DNA from: Candidatus Sumerlaeia bacterium
Lineage (GTDB): Bacteria; Sumerlaeota; Sumerlaeia; SLMS01; JANRJK01
Assembly (NCBI GenBank): GCA_033764015.1
Contig: JANRJK010000036.1
Span: forward strand, 295,164 to 359,163
Direction: 5' to 3'
Length of the DNA: 64,000 nt
This document shows, piece after piece, positions 22,379 through 31,930 of this stretch. Position 1 is the stretch's first letter. Every line of letters starts with the position of its first letter. Below the pieces are notes generated by a model that saw nothing but the letters and a program-made list of their open reading frames with translations, was not told the DNA's origin and made no database searches. The position numbers and the translations under genes were made by a program.

Positions 22379-23019
22379 GGGGCCGCCTCGGCGCCGATCG
22401 TGGCGCGCAGGGCGAGGACCGCCGCGGTGATGTCCGGTGCCGCGCAGACGGCGCCGATGACGGCTAGCCAAGCCCGCGGCGCCACGGCGAGGACGGCGTG
22501 AGCGTTGGCTGCGGAGATACCGCCGATCGCCACGATGGGGGCGGGGCTGGTCCTCGCGGCTTCGGCAACCAGGCCGGTTCCCGTCGCGGGGTCGGCGTTC
22601 GCCTTGGTCGACGTCCCGAAGACGGGCCCGACGGCGACATAGTCCACCGGTTCCGCGAGCGCGGCGGCGAGCTGCCCGGCGTTGTGCGTGGAGCGGCCAA
22701 TGAGGAACCCGGCGGCCGTCGCGGCGCGGACCTGCGCCGGCGCGGTGTCGCCCTGGCCCAGGTGGACGCCGTCCGCTCCGCAGGCGGCGGCCAGCCTCCA
22801 ATCGTCGTTCACGATGAACAGCGCGGCGGCGTCCGCGGTGAGGCGGCGGATGGCATCGGCGTCGGCGCGGAGCATCGCCTCGTCAGCGGATTTGTCGCGG
22901 AGCTGCACGACGCGCGCGCCGCCCGCCAGGAAGCGCCGCGCCTGCTCGGGGTTGGACAGCCGCGAGAGCGCGCGGTCGGTGATGCAGTAGAGGTCGGGGC
23001 CGTGGGGGAAGCTGGTCAT
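22375..23019 (-). CDS. thiE: Thiamine-phosphate synthase
   Basis: LYCITD, VQLRDK, FIVND, DGVHLGQGD, GRSTH, GPVFGTSTK and VAIGGI motifs. Confidence 0.94.
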   Translation of the reverse strand: MTSFPHGPDLYCITDRALSRLSNPEQARRFLAGGARVVQLRDKSADEAMLRADADAIRRLTADAAALFIVNDDWRLAAACGADGVHLGQGDTAPAQVRAATAAGFLIGRSTHNAGQLAAALAEPVDYVAVGPVFGTSTKANADPATGTGLVAEAARTSPAPIVAIGGISAANAHAVLAVAPRAWLAVIGAVCAAPDITAAVLALRATIGAEAAP

Positions 23020-25577
23020 GGAGGCGTGGGGCTCGCGGCGGGGCGCGGCGCTTCGAACTGCTCGACGAGGATGCGGCCTTCGCGCGGAGTGCCAGCCACC
23101 TTTCTCGGAAGCACCGCCACACCGACGCAAACGGAAGCGGCTCCCGCGGGCACCGGCGCGAGATCGACGATCCGGCGCCAGTGGCCGGGGAACATCGAAC
23201 CAGTCGCCATCGGCTCCGTCGAGTAGAGGGGCGCCGGGATCGGCTTCCGGTCCGCGCCGAAGAAGACGTGGCAGAGAGTCGCCTCGTGGAGGGGCACTCC
23301 CTCGACGCGGAGATTGGCGGCGGCGAGGAGGTACTCGGCATCCCCGACGGGAACGGGGGGCGAAAGGAGCGTCAGGCGCGCGGCACGGTCGGCGGGAACC
23401 TGGACTTCGACGACCGGTGCCCCGGTCGGCCCGGCGGCATCCGCCAGCATCCGGATTTCCATCCCCTTTTCCAAGGCGACCCAGCCCGGATTTTTCGCTT
23501 CGGGCGTCGCCGTGAGATGCCACTCGATCCGCTCGGGGGGGAATTCGACGAGCCGGGGGGCTGCGGGCTTGCCAGTTGGGGCGGCCGGCCCGACGCTGAC
23601 CGATCCCATCTTCCAGCGCGACAGCTCCTCCTTCCCATCGCGCGGCGCGTAGACTCCGATGCGGAGCCGATGCGTTCCCGGCTCGATCCGGAGCGGGAAC
23701 GCGTAGGTTTTCGCAGAGCCCTCAGCAGTGGAGAGCTCTGCGAGCTGCGAATGCCGCCCATCCACGGAGAGCTCCGCGAAGAGGCGCTGCGCGGGGTCCG
23801 GCGCGTCGGATCCAAGCCACTCAAGGGCGCCCGCAATAGAGATGCCGCCGACACCTTCCGGAATTGTCACGAGATATTCCAGAGCGCCGTCGCGCTCGCG
23901 GAAAATGGCGCCGTCGTCGACTCGCATCCGCGTGTGGTCGGGGAAGGACGCCATGCGGTGCGGTTCGATGGTGAATGGCCATGGCTCGGCCGGGGGCAGC
24001 GCGCCGTTCGCCGCGTAGGGCAGCGGTACGGACTTGTCCGCGGTCCAGCGCTGGAGGCGCGCGTCCTGGTAGCGGCCCTGCGCGGAGACGCCTGCGTAGA
24101 CCGTCTCCAGCCACTCGTCGAAACGGGCGTAGAACTCCGGCAAGGGAAGCTGCTGCCAGGAGTTCACCACCCAGAAAGGCTCCGCGCCGGCCAGCGTGTG
24201 CAGGAACGCGGATTCGATGGCGGGAGCGAGATCCATCCGGTAGACGGGGGCGACGACGTTTGGACCGCCGAACGCGGGAAGCCCGGCCGCGGGGAGTTTC
24301 CGCTCCACGCGGGTTCGGTCCATCTGGTCCACGACGAAGACCGGTTCGCCTTGGCGGTACTTTTCCGCGAGCAGCGGCACGAGCCGGTCGAAGTTCCGGA
24401 GGTCGGCGGCAAAATAGGACAGGAGGAACGGGAGTTGGAGCGCGGCGACCGGCGCCAAGGTGGCTGGCAGCGCGAGGCGCCCGAGGCGGCGCTCGAGGCG
24501 TTCCGCGGCCCAGGCAGCGGCCACCGCGGCACCCAGCAGGAAATACGGGAGCATGTACGCGAGGTAGCGGTTGTAGAACGTGCGCTCGAGCGGGAGATTG
24601 AAAATGAACACGAACGAAAAAATGGGGAGTGAAAGAGCCAGCCACGCGAGCGAGCGCCGCTCCGGCGGCGCCTTTTCGTCGGCGAGCAGCAGCCCGACTC
24701 CGGCGCAGGCGAATCCGGTGGGAATCAGCGCCAACCAGTCGCCAACCGGCAGGCGACGGAAAATCCCGAAGCTCCAGTCGGCGAGGATTCCGAAAAAGAA
24801 GCCGGGGCTGAGCGAGATATTGGTGAGGCCGTCCCCCTGCACTTCGATTATCCCCGTGAATTTGTAGTAAAGATCGGTGCGGATCGCGCGGTGTGACAGG
24901 AAAACCATCACGGCGAGGAAAATGGCTGCGGGAACCAGGACGCGCGCCCGCAGGAAAACCGCGGCGAAGCGGGCGCGAACCGCCGGGTTGGCGAAGATCT
25001 GGATCGTGGCGGCGAGCAGGAGCCCCGCCGTGTTGATGGAGCCGAAGGGCTGGTTGAAATGGGCGGCGTAGGAGACGAGCGTGAACGCCGCCGCGCCCGG
25101 CAGCACCGCGCCGCGGAGGAACGCGGCGAGGGCGCACCACTGGAGCACCGCGTAGAGGAACATGCCGGAGTAGTAGTTCCCGTCCTGCGCGTAGCCGACC
25201 AGGTAGGGGTTGATGGCGACGAGCGTTCCGGCGGCGAGCGCGGTCCGCCGGTCCGCCACCCAGCGGACGGCGATCACCATCGCCGCCACGGCGAGGGTGG
25301 ATTGCAGGGCGCCGAGGATCCGGAGTCCCACCGCATTGTCCCCAAAGAGGCCCAGCATCCAGCCCGCGGGGATGACGTGCGCGTGGTGCGTCCAGGAGAC
25401 GACCGAATAGTCCTGCGCGGAGGCGGCGGCGAGCATGTTGATCTCGTCCAGCCAGAGCTCCGGTTCGCCGAGTTGGAAGAAGCGGAGGAGCGCGCCCAGC
25501 GCGGCGAGCGCGAGGGCTGCGGGGGCGGCTTCGAGCGCTTCGCCGGCGAGGGACCGCTCCGGCGGCGACCCGCTCAC
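23016..25577 (-). CDS. GT-C fold (ArnT/PMT-like) membrane glycosyltransferase with large extracytoplasmic domain
   Basis: LLRFFQLGEPELWLDE acidic loop after TM1, many TMs, RYL motif, long soluble C-terminus. GTGA overlap with the upstream gene. Confidence 0.75.
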   Translation of the reverse strand: MSGSPPERSLAGEALEAAPAALALAALGALLRFFQLGEPELWLDEINMLAAASAQDYSVVSWTHHAHVIPAGWMLGLFGDNAVGLRILGALQSTLAVAAMVIAVRWVADRRTALAAGTLVAINPYLVGYAQDGNYYSGMFLYAVLQWCALAAFLRGAVLPGAAAFTLVSYAAHFNQPFGSINTAGLLLAATIQIFANPAVRARFAAVFLRARVLVPAAIFLAVMVFLSHRAIRTDLYYKFTGIIEVQGDGLTNISLSPGFFFGILADWSFGIFRRLPVGDWLALIPTGFACAGVGLLLADEKAPPERRSLAWLALSLPIFSFVFIFNLPLERTFYNRYLAYMLPYFLLGAAVAAAWAAERLERRLGRLALPATLAPVAALQLPFLLSYFAADLRNFDRLVPLLAEKYRQGEPVFVVDQMDRTRVERKLPAAGLPAFGGPNVVAPVYRMDLAPAIESAFLHTLAGAEPFWVVNSWQQLPLPEFYARFDEWLETVYAGVSAQGRYQDARLQRWTADKSVPLPYAANGALPPAEPWPFTIEPHRMASFPDHTRMRVDDGAIFRERDGALEYLVTIPEGVGGISIAGALEWLGSDAPDPAQRLFAELSVDGRHSQLAELSTAEGSAKTYAFPLRIEPGTHRLRIGVYAPRDGKEELSRWKMGSVSVGPAAPTGKPAAPRLVEFPPERIEWHLTATPEAKNPGWVALEKGMEIRMLADAAGPTGAPVVEVQVPADRAARLTLLSPPVPVGDAEYLLAAANLRVEGVPLHEATLCHVFFGADRKPIPAPLYSTEPMATGSMFPGHWRRIVDLAPVPAGAASVCVGVAVLPRKVAGTPREGRILVEQFEAPRPAASPTPP

Positions 25578-26563
25578 CGGGGGGCGGACAGGCGGTCCGC
25601 GGTGGTCTTGACGGGCGACTCGCCGTCTCCGACGGGATCGCCCTTCTCGTCGTAACGGACGGCGGCAAGGCCGAAGGCCCGGGGGGCGATCATGCCTTCG
25701 AGCGTCCACTTCACGCTGAAGTAAGGTGCCTCGCGCATGTCGGAGAAGCGCCACTCGCCGGTCTGCCGGTCGTAGGTGACGGCGGCGATCAGCCGTTCCG
25801 GGGGCGCGTTGGACTCGCGGGATTTGAACGGGGGGGAGCGGAAGATGGCGAGCTCGCCGTCGCGCCACGGCCTCTTGGGCAGGCGCACGAACTCAGGATC
25901 CTCGAACATGGCGGACATGGCGCGGTAGTTCACGGAGGCGCCCGATTCCATGCGGTGCTGCAGGTCGCGGATGTATTCGCGCGGCGGTCGCGAGCCGGTG
26001 AAGGAGACCTGGCGTCCGGGGCTGAGCGAGCGGTACACGTCCTCGGCGTTCATGAGTCGCCAGGCGCCGCGCCAGGAGGCGAGGGCGCTGAGCGGGGTGG
26101 AGAAGTCCTGCACCCGCTCGTTGTAGAAGATGAGGTCGTTGTAGCGCTTGAAGTCGGCCATCATCTTGCGCTTCTCCAGCGCGGCGTCGGCGAACTGGAC
26201 GGCGTAGACGGTCGCGATCAGCGCGGCGGCGCTGGCGGCCAGGAGGAAGGACTGCTTGCGGGCGCGGACGAAGCGGGCGATGTCGCCGGCGCGCTCCTCG
26301 GCGATGCGGAGGCTGCGGCGCTTGTGGTAGGACATCGCCTTCTTGGGCGCCTCGGCCTCGAGGGCCTTGCGGACCTGCTCGTCGCCGTAGCCCGGCGGGG
26401 CGGGGGCGGCGACGGCGGAGGCGGCCTTCTCCTCGCGGCGGCGGGCCTCCTCCGCGCGCATCTCCGCCAGCTTGCGCTCGCGCTCCTCGCGGGCGCGCTC
26501 GTCCGGCGGCTTCAGCTTGTCCCAGTTGCGGCGGCGTCCGCGCTGGATCTCGTCCCAGTCCAT
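25574..26563 (-). CDS. Hypothetical single-pass membrane protein
   Basis: Charged coiled-coil N-terminus, one TM (FLLAASAAALIATVYAV), soluble C-terminal domain. Native codon usage. Confidence 0.7.
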   Translation of the reverse strand: MDWDEIQRGRRRNWDKLKPPDERAREERERKLAEMRAEEARRREEKAASAVAAPAPPGYGDEQVRKALEAEAPKKAMSYHKRRSLRIAEERAGDIARFVRARKQSFLLAASAAALIATVYAVQFADAALEKRKMMADFKRYNDLIFYNERVQDFSTPLSALASWRGAWRLMNAEDVYRSLSPGRQVSFTGSRPPREYIRDLQHRMESGASVNYRAMSAMFEDPEFVRLPKRPWRDGELAIFRSPPFKSRESNAPPERLIAAVTYDRQTGEWRFSDMREAPYFSVKWTLEGMIAPRAFGLAAVRYDEKGDPVGDGESPVKTTADRLSAPR

Positions 26564-26673
26564 CCGTCGGGCGGTGCGCTCCAAGGGGTTGCGCGGCGGG
26601 TGCCGCGCGGCTATCGACTGTGATCGTGGCGCAGCGGGGAGGGACTGGCAAGCCCCGCCCGAGGAGGAGACGC

Positions 26674-28242
26674 GTGGACGCGAACGGCGGCGACGGGGCT
26701 TGGCGCGGATGGATGGAGCGGTTCGCCCGCGCGCTGGTGGGCCAAGGGGCGCGCGAGGACCGGCCCGGCGGCGAGTCGCGCCCCGTCGAGGAGCGGCTGC
26801 TGCAGGCGGTCTGGGCGGAGCAGTTCCTGCGGGCGGACGCGCTCACCACGGCGAGCGGCAAGCGCGTCGAGGTGCTGGAGCCGGGGCGCTGGAACACCGG
26901 GGCCGGGCCGGACTTCCTCGATGCGCGCCTCCGCATCCTCGGCGCCGAGGTCGAGGGCGACGTCGAGATCCACCGCGACTCGGCGGACTGGACGCGGCAC
27001 GGCCACCACCGCGACTTCGCCTACAACCGGACCGTGCTCCATGCCGTGCTTCGTTCGAGCGACGACCGACCCTACGAGGAGCTGCAGAACGGCGCGCGCC
27101 TCGAGCGCCTCGTGATCGAGCAGGCGATCGAGCCGGGCCTGGAGACGCTCCGGGCGACGGTGAACCTTGAGGAGTACCCCTACGGGCGCCCGGCGCACCT
27201 CGGCGTCTGCCACGACGAGTTCATGCGCCTGCCGGAGGCGGAACTGCTCGAGTTCCTGGATGTCGCGGGGCGGGCGCGGGTCGAGGACCGGCTGCGGCGC
27301 TACCGCGCGCAGGGGCACGGGCTCGACCAGCTCCAGCTCGCGTACCAGGCGTTGATGGCGGGGCAGGGGATGGCCTCGAACAAGACGCTGTACTTCCTGC
27401 TGTCGAAGCGGGCGCCGCTCGGGGAGCTGCGCGACCTGGCGCGCGACCGCGCCGCCGGCGACGAGGCGGACTTCCACCTGGCGGCGCTGCTCTCCATCGC
27501 GCAGCTGTTCCCCGCGGAGCAGGACCTCGCCGCGCAGCGGGACGCGGAGACGGAGGCGTTCCTCGCGGCCTGCGCGGCGAACTGGAAGGTGGCGCGGCCG
27601 TACTTCCGCGACCGCCTGCTGCCCCCGACCCGCCGCTGGTTCCAGGGGATGCGCCCGCCGGGCTTCCCGACGCGGCGGCTGACGGCGGTGGCGGTGCTGA
27701 TGTCGCGACTGACGGACCGGGAGGCGCCGCTGCTGGGGCGGATCGAGGCGCGGCTGGGGGCGCTGGAGCCGGACGCGATGGGTCCGAAGGAGTGGCGCCG
27801 CGCGTGGAAGGAGCTGGCGGAGCCGCTCGTGGTGGAGGAGCCGGGGCGCTACTTCGCGCGGCGCTTCACGGTCGGCGGCAAGGAGGGGAAGGCGCTGGCG
27901 CTGCTGGGCGAGCCGGCGGCGCGGGGGCTGCTCTTCAACGTGGCGCTGCCGCTGGTGCTGCTGGCGGCGCGGGAGCGCGGCGACGCCGCCACGGAGCGCA
28001 AGTGCTGGGGGGCGCTGGGCCGGTTCCCGACGCTGGAGGACAACTCGGTGACGCGCTTCATGAAGCGGCGGCTGTTCGGCGACGGCGACCCGCGGGAGGG
28101 CTACTTCGCGACGGAGCTGCGGCAGCAGGCGCTGATGCGCGTGTTCACCGACTGCTGCTCGCACAACGAGCGGACGTGCGCGGACTGCGCGTTCCTGTCG
28201 CTGGGCGAGCGGCTGCGTTCGGCGGAGGCGCGGGGGGCCTAG
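26674..28242 (+). CDS. DUF2851 family protein
   Basis: E.LLQAVW, PGRWN..AGPDF, GDVEIH..S.DW..HGH..D..YN and a C-terminal Cys cluster. Strong SD GAGGAGGAG before GTG 26674. Confidence 0.85.
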   Translation: MDANGGDGAWRGWMERFARALVGQGAREDRPGGESRPVEERLLQAVWAEQFLRADALTTASGKRVEVLEPGRWNTGAGPDFLDARLRILGAEVEGDVEIHRDSADWTRHGHHRDFAYNRTVLHAVLRSSDDRPYEELQNGARLERLVIEQAIEPGLETLRATVNLEEYPYGRPAHLGVCHDEFMRLPEAELLEFLDVAGRARVEDRLRRYRAQGHGLDQLQLAYQALMAGQGMASNKTLYFLLSKRAPLGELRDLARDRAAGDEADFHLAALLSIAQLFPAEQDLAAQRDAETEAFLAACAANWKVARPYFRDRLLPPTRRWFQGMRPPGFPTRRLTAVAVLMSRLTDREAPLLGRIEARLGALEPDAMGPKEWRRAWKELAEPLVVEEPGRYFARRFTVGGKEGKALALLGEPAARGLLFNVALPLVLLAARERGDAATERKCWGALGRFPTLEDNSVTRFMKRRLFGDGDPREGYFATELRQQALMRVFTDCCSHNERTCADCAFLSLGERLRSAEARGA

Positions 28243-29327
28243 ACGACGGGCTCGTCCGCGGAGGCGACGGCCATCATCTTCACGCGCAGCTCCTCCGGAT
28301 AGTGCGCGCGCTCCAGCGCGATCTCGCCGGTGATCTTCCCCTGCGAGTAGAGCATGAAGAGGAAGTCGTCCATGGTGATCATGCCGTGCTTCATGGAGGT
28401 CTGGATGATGGAGATGATGCGGTTGGTCTTCGCCTCGCGGACCAGGTTCGCGACGGCGGGCGTGTTGTGGAGCAGTTCGTAGGCGGCGAGGCGTCCGCGC
28501 CCGGAGGCGTTCGGCACGAGCGTCTGCGCGATGATGGTCTTGAGGGCGACGGACAGCACGGAGCGGATCTGCTCCTGCTGGTTCGCGGGGAACGCGTCGA
28601 TGATGCGGTCCACGGTGGTGGAGGCGTTGATGGTGTGCAGCGTGCCGAACACCAAGTGGCCCGTTTCCGCCGCGTGGAGGCCCGCTTCCATCGTTTCCAG
28701 GTCGCGCATCTCGCCGACCAGGATCACGTCCGGGTCCTGGCGAAGCGCGCCGCGGAGCGCGTAGGAGAAGGAGGGCGTGTCGACGTGGAGTTCGCGGTGC
28801 GTGACGATCGCCTTCTTGTGCGGGTGGACGTACTCGATCGGGTCCTCGACGGTGATGATGTGGACGTAGCGGTTGGTGTTGATGTAGTCGATCATGGTGG
28901 CGAGGGTCGTCGTCTTGCCGGAACCGGTGGGGCCGGTGACGATGACGAGTCCGCGGTGCGCGTGGAGCATTTCCGTGATCGACTCCTTGGGCAGGCCGAG
29001 GACGTCGAAGGGGAGCAGGCGCGAGGGGATGAGGCGCATGACGATACCGATGTTGCCCTGGGCCTTGAGGACCGCGCAGCGGAAGCGCGCCTGGTCGGAG
29101 TAGGAGTAGGCGAAGTCGGCGGAGCCGTGCTCCTGGAGCATCTGCTGATAGCGCGGCGGCGTGATTTCGCGCATCAGGCGGTCCATGTCCTCCGGCGTGA
29201 GCGTGTCGGGGTCGATGATGTCGAAGATGCCGTGGAGGCGCATCACGGGGGTCTTGTTCACGCGAAGGTGGAGGTCCGCCGCGTCGCGCTCGACGACGAT
29301 CTTGAGCATCTCGTTGATTTCCATCAT
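28239..29327 (-). CDS. pilT: Type IV pilus retraction ATPase PilT/PilU family
   Basis: GPTGSGKTTT, TVEDPIE, LRQDPDVILVGEMRDLET, AETGHLVFGTLHT, and AVANLVRE (AIRNLIRE-like). Confidence 0.92.
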   Translation of the reverse strand: MMEINEMLKIVVERDAADLHLRVNKTPVMRLHGIFDIIDPDTLTPEDMDRLMREITPPRYQQMLQEHGSADFAYSYSDQARFRCAVLKAQGNIGIVMRLIPSRLLPFDVLGLPKESITEMLHAHRGLVIVTGPTGSGKTTTLATMIDYINTNRYVHIITVEDPIEYVHPHKKAIVTHRELHVDTPSFSYALRGALRQDPDVILVGEMRDLETMEAGLHAAETGHLVFGTLHTINASTTVDRIIDAFPANQQEQIRSVLSVALKTIIAQTLVPNASGRGRLAAYELLHNTPAVANLVREAKTNRIISIIQTSMKHGMITMDDFLFMLYSQGKITGEIALERAHYPEELRVKMMAVASADEPVV

Positions 29328-29489
29328 GGGCGGAGGACTCCGTTCTTCTAAGTGCCGTGGCGCGCCGCGCGCCGCCGGTGCGGGGGATGGATCGATTCAA
29401 GGGCGCGCGGCGGCTCCGGTCAACGGGGGAAGGCGGCGCGCCGCCCGCCGAGCTTGCCGCCCCGCCCCCGGCGGTCGGATGGTCGTGCA

Positions 29490-30680
29490 ATGACGAAGGA
29501 AACGGTCCTCGCCGCGCAGCTCGGCGCCCGCCGGCGCTACGCCGTCCCGCTCGCGCTCGCGTCGCTGGGGGTTCTGGGGGCGTTCCACACCGACCTGGCG
29601 GGGCGCTTCGCGGGGCGTCCGCTTCCGGGGGGGCTGGGCGCGGCGCTCCGCGCGCACCCCGGGCTGGGGCTGCGGTACTGGTGGGCGCGGCGCCGGGCTT
29701 CGTCGGAGGGCGGACGCCTGGCGGCGCACCTGCGCTTCGGCGGGTTGTTCGCCAGCGCCGCCGCCGAGGACATCCCGGGGCACGCGGCGGTCTACGCCTT
29801 CCACAGCGCGGCGCTGCCGCTACTGGCGGCGGCGGCGAAGCGCGGAGTCCCGTCGATCCTGGACCAGACGGTGCTGCCGGTCGCCGCGACGCGCGCCCTC
29901 GTCGCGGAGGCGCGCCGCCGGCTCCCCAGCTACGCGTCCGGCGCGACGCCGGAGGTGCCGCCGGAGGCCGCCGAGTTCGACGCGCGCGAGTCGGCGGAGT
30001 GGACAGCCGCCACGGTGGTGGTGTGCGGATCGGAGTTCGTGCGGGAGGAACTCCTGCGGCGGGGCGTGCCGGCGGCGAAGGTGGCCGTGCTCCCGCATCC
30101 GATGCCGGCGCTTACCGCGTCGGAGCGCCCGGCACCGCGGCGGGGGGGTCCGCTCCGGGTGCTGTTCCTCGGCGAAGCGGGCTGGCGGAAGGGCGCGCCG
30201 TTCCTGCTGGAGGCGATGCGCTCCCTGGCGGAAGAGCCCGTGTCGCTGACGCTGGCGGGTGATTGGGGGCTGGAGCTTCCGCCCGCGGAGGCGTTGCCGC
30301 CGAACTGCCGCTGGATCGGGCGCGTTCCCCACGGGGAGGTGCCGGCGCTGCTGGCGGGGCACGACGCGCTTTGCCTGCCGTCGCTGGCGGAGGGGTCGCC
30401 CTCGGCGGTGCTGGAGGCGGCCGCCGCGGGGCTGGCGGTGGTGACGACGGCGAACGCGGGGAGCTGTGTCGAGCATGGACGGACCGGGTTGCTGGTGCCG
30501 GCGATGGACGCAAACCGGCTGGCGGAGGCGCTGGTCGGGTTGGCATCGCGGCCGGATTCGGCGCGGGGGCTCGGGGAGGCGCTGCGAAGCGCGGCGCCGG
30601 GCTTCCACGCCGCCGGGCGCTACGCCGGGGCGCTCGGACAACTCCTGTGCGGGTCATGCGGCTTCCGAAGCATCGCTTGA
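29490..30680 (+). CDS. Glycosyltransferase family 4
   Basis: VLFLG...RKG and LPSLAEG..SAVLEAAAAG (EX7E) motifs. Confidence 0.85.
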   Translation: MTKETVLAAQLGARRRYAVPLALASLGVLGAFHTDLAGRFAGRPLPGGLGAALRAHPGLGLRYWWARRRASSEGGRLAAHLRFGGLFASAAAEDIPGHAAVYAFHSAALPLLAAAAKRGVPSILDQTVLPVAATRALVAEARRRLPSYASGATPEVPPEAAEFDARESAEWTAATVVVCGSEFVREELLRRGVPAAKVAVLPHPMPALTASERPAPRRGGPLRVLFLGEAGWRKGAPFLLEAMRSLAEEPVSLTLAGDWGLELPPAEALPPNCRWIGRVPHGEVPALLAGHDALCLPSLAEGSPSAVLEAAAAGLAVVTTANAGSCVEHGRTGLLVPAMDANRLAEALVGLASRPDSARGLGEALRSAAPGFHAAGRYAGALGQLLCGSCGFRSIA

Positions 30681-30764
30681 CCTAGTGCGGGGGGCGTGGC
30701 ACCTCGGCGACCATTCCCCGCAACCCGGCTCGGACATCCACCGGACACCCAGAGGAATTCCCCC

Positions 30765-31922
30765 ATGAAGTCGATTCTCAAGTCACTCCGCACCGCCGCC
30801 GCCGCGGCGGCCGCCATCGCGGCGACCGCGCTCGCCGCGGCGCAGCCCTCGGGCGAGCCCATCGTGTTCGGCGTCGGCGCTCCGCTCACCGGCCGCAGCG
30901 CCGCCTTCGGCACGCAGGTGCGCTACGGCGCCGAAGCGGCCGCCAAGGAGATCAACGCGAAGGGCGGCCTGCTGGGCCGGCCCTTCCAGGTCGAGATCAA
31001 GGACGACTCCTCGACGGCGAACGAGGCCGCCATCGTGGCGCAGTCCTTCGCCGGCAACCCGAAGGTGGCGGCGGTCATCGGCCACTTCAACTCGGACTGC
31101 TCCTCCGCGGCGAAGTCGATCTACTCGAACGCCGGCATCGCGATGATCTCCCCGGCGTCGACGGCGGTCTCGATCACGCAGGGCAGCGACTGGGTGTTCC
31201 GCAACATTTTCAACGACCGCGACCAGGGCTACGCGCTGGCGGACTTCGTGAAGAAGGCGGTGAAGAAGAACAAGGTGGCGGTGCTGTACGAGAACGACAC
31301 CTACGGCAAGGGCCTGCGCGACGACTTCCTGGCGCGCGCGAAGGAGCTGGGCCTCGAGGTGCAGAGCGACCTGTCCTACGAGTCGGACGCGACGGACTTC
31401 CGCCCGCTGCTGCAACAGGTCACGCGCACGAAGCCCGAGGTGCTGGTGGTTTGCGGGCTCTACAAGAGCGGCGGCACCATTTCGCGGCAGGCGCGCGAAA
31501 TGCGCATCGCGTCGATGCTGCTCGGCGGCGACGGCATGTTCGACAACGAGCTGGCGAAGATCGGCGGCAAGGCTGCGGAGGGCTTCTTCGCCAGCGCGCC
31601 GTTCGTCATGGAGGGGGCGGGCGAGCGCGCCCAGAAGTTCTCCGACACCGTGAAGGAGCAGTCCGGCGAGCCGGGCAACGCGTGGGCCGCGCTGGCCTAC
31701 GACGCGGTGATGATCGCCGCGACGGCGGCGGAGCGCGCCGGGTCGGCGGACCGCAAGGCGATCCGCGACGGCATCGCCGCGATGAACTCGCCGGAGATCG
31801 CCTTCGACGGGATCACCGGCAAGACGTACTTCAACGAGGAGGGCGACACCGTGAAGCGGGTCGTCTTCGCGCAGGTGCAGGACGGCGCCTTCGTGCTCTC
31901 GCCGATCCAGCTCCCCGAGTAA
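30765..31922 (+). CDS. Branched-chain amino acid ABC transporter substrate-binding protein (LivJ/LivK-like)
   Basis: Signal peptide. PLTG..AAFG, INAKGG, VIGHFNS, ISPAST, YDAV and FDGITG motifs. Confidence 0.92.
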   Translation: MKSILKSLRTAAAAAAAIAATALAAAQPSGEPIVFGVGAPLTGRSAAFGTQVRYGAEAAAKEINAKGGLLGRPFQVEIKDDSSTANEAAIVAQSFAGNPKVAAVIGHFNSDCSSAAKSIYSNAGIAMISPASTAVSITQGSDWVFRNIFNDRDQGYALADFVKKAVKKNKVAVLYENDTYGKGLRDDFLARAKELGLEVQSDLSYESDATDFRPLLQQVTRTKPEVLVVCGLYKSGGTISRQAREMRIASMLLGGDGMFDNELAKIGGKAAEGFFASAPFVMEGAGERAQKFSDTVKEQSGEPGNAWAALAYDAVMIAATAAERAGSADRKAIRDGIAAMNSPEIAFDGITGKTYFNEEGDTVKRVVFAQVQDGAFVLSPIQLPE

Positions 31923-31930
31923 GCGGCCGG

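Noticed and set aside
23016..23100. TPP riboswitch upstream of thiE or thiD
   Set aside because: Both genes overlap or lie within a few bases of the upstream CDS, leaving no leader, and no TPP consensus was seen.
24600..24640. A-rich runs in the GT-C gene as phase-variation tracts
   Set aside because: The runs are short (about 6 nt), encode Phe/Ile-rich TM segments, and the frame is intact.
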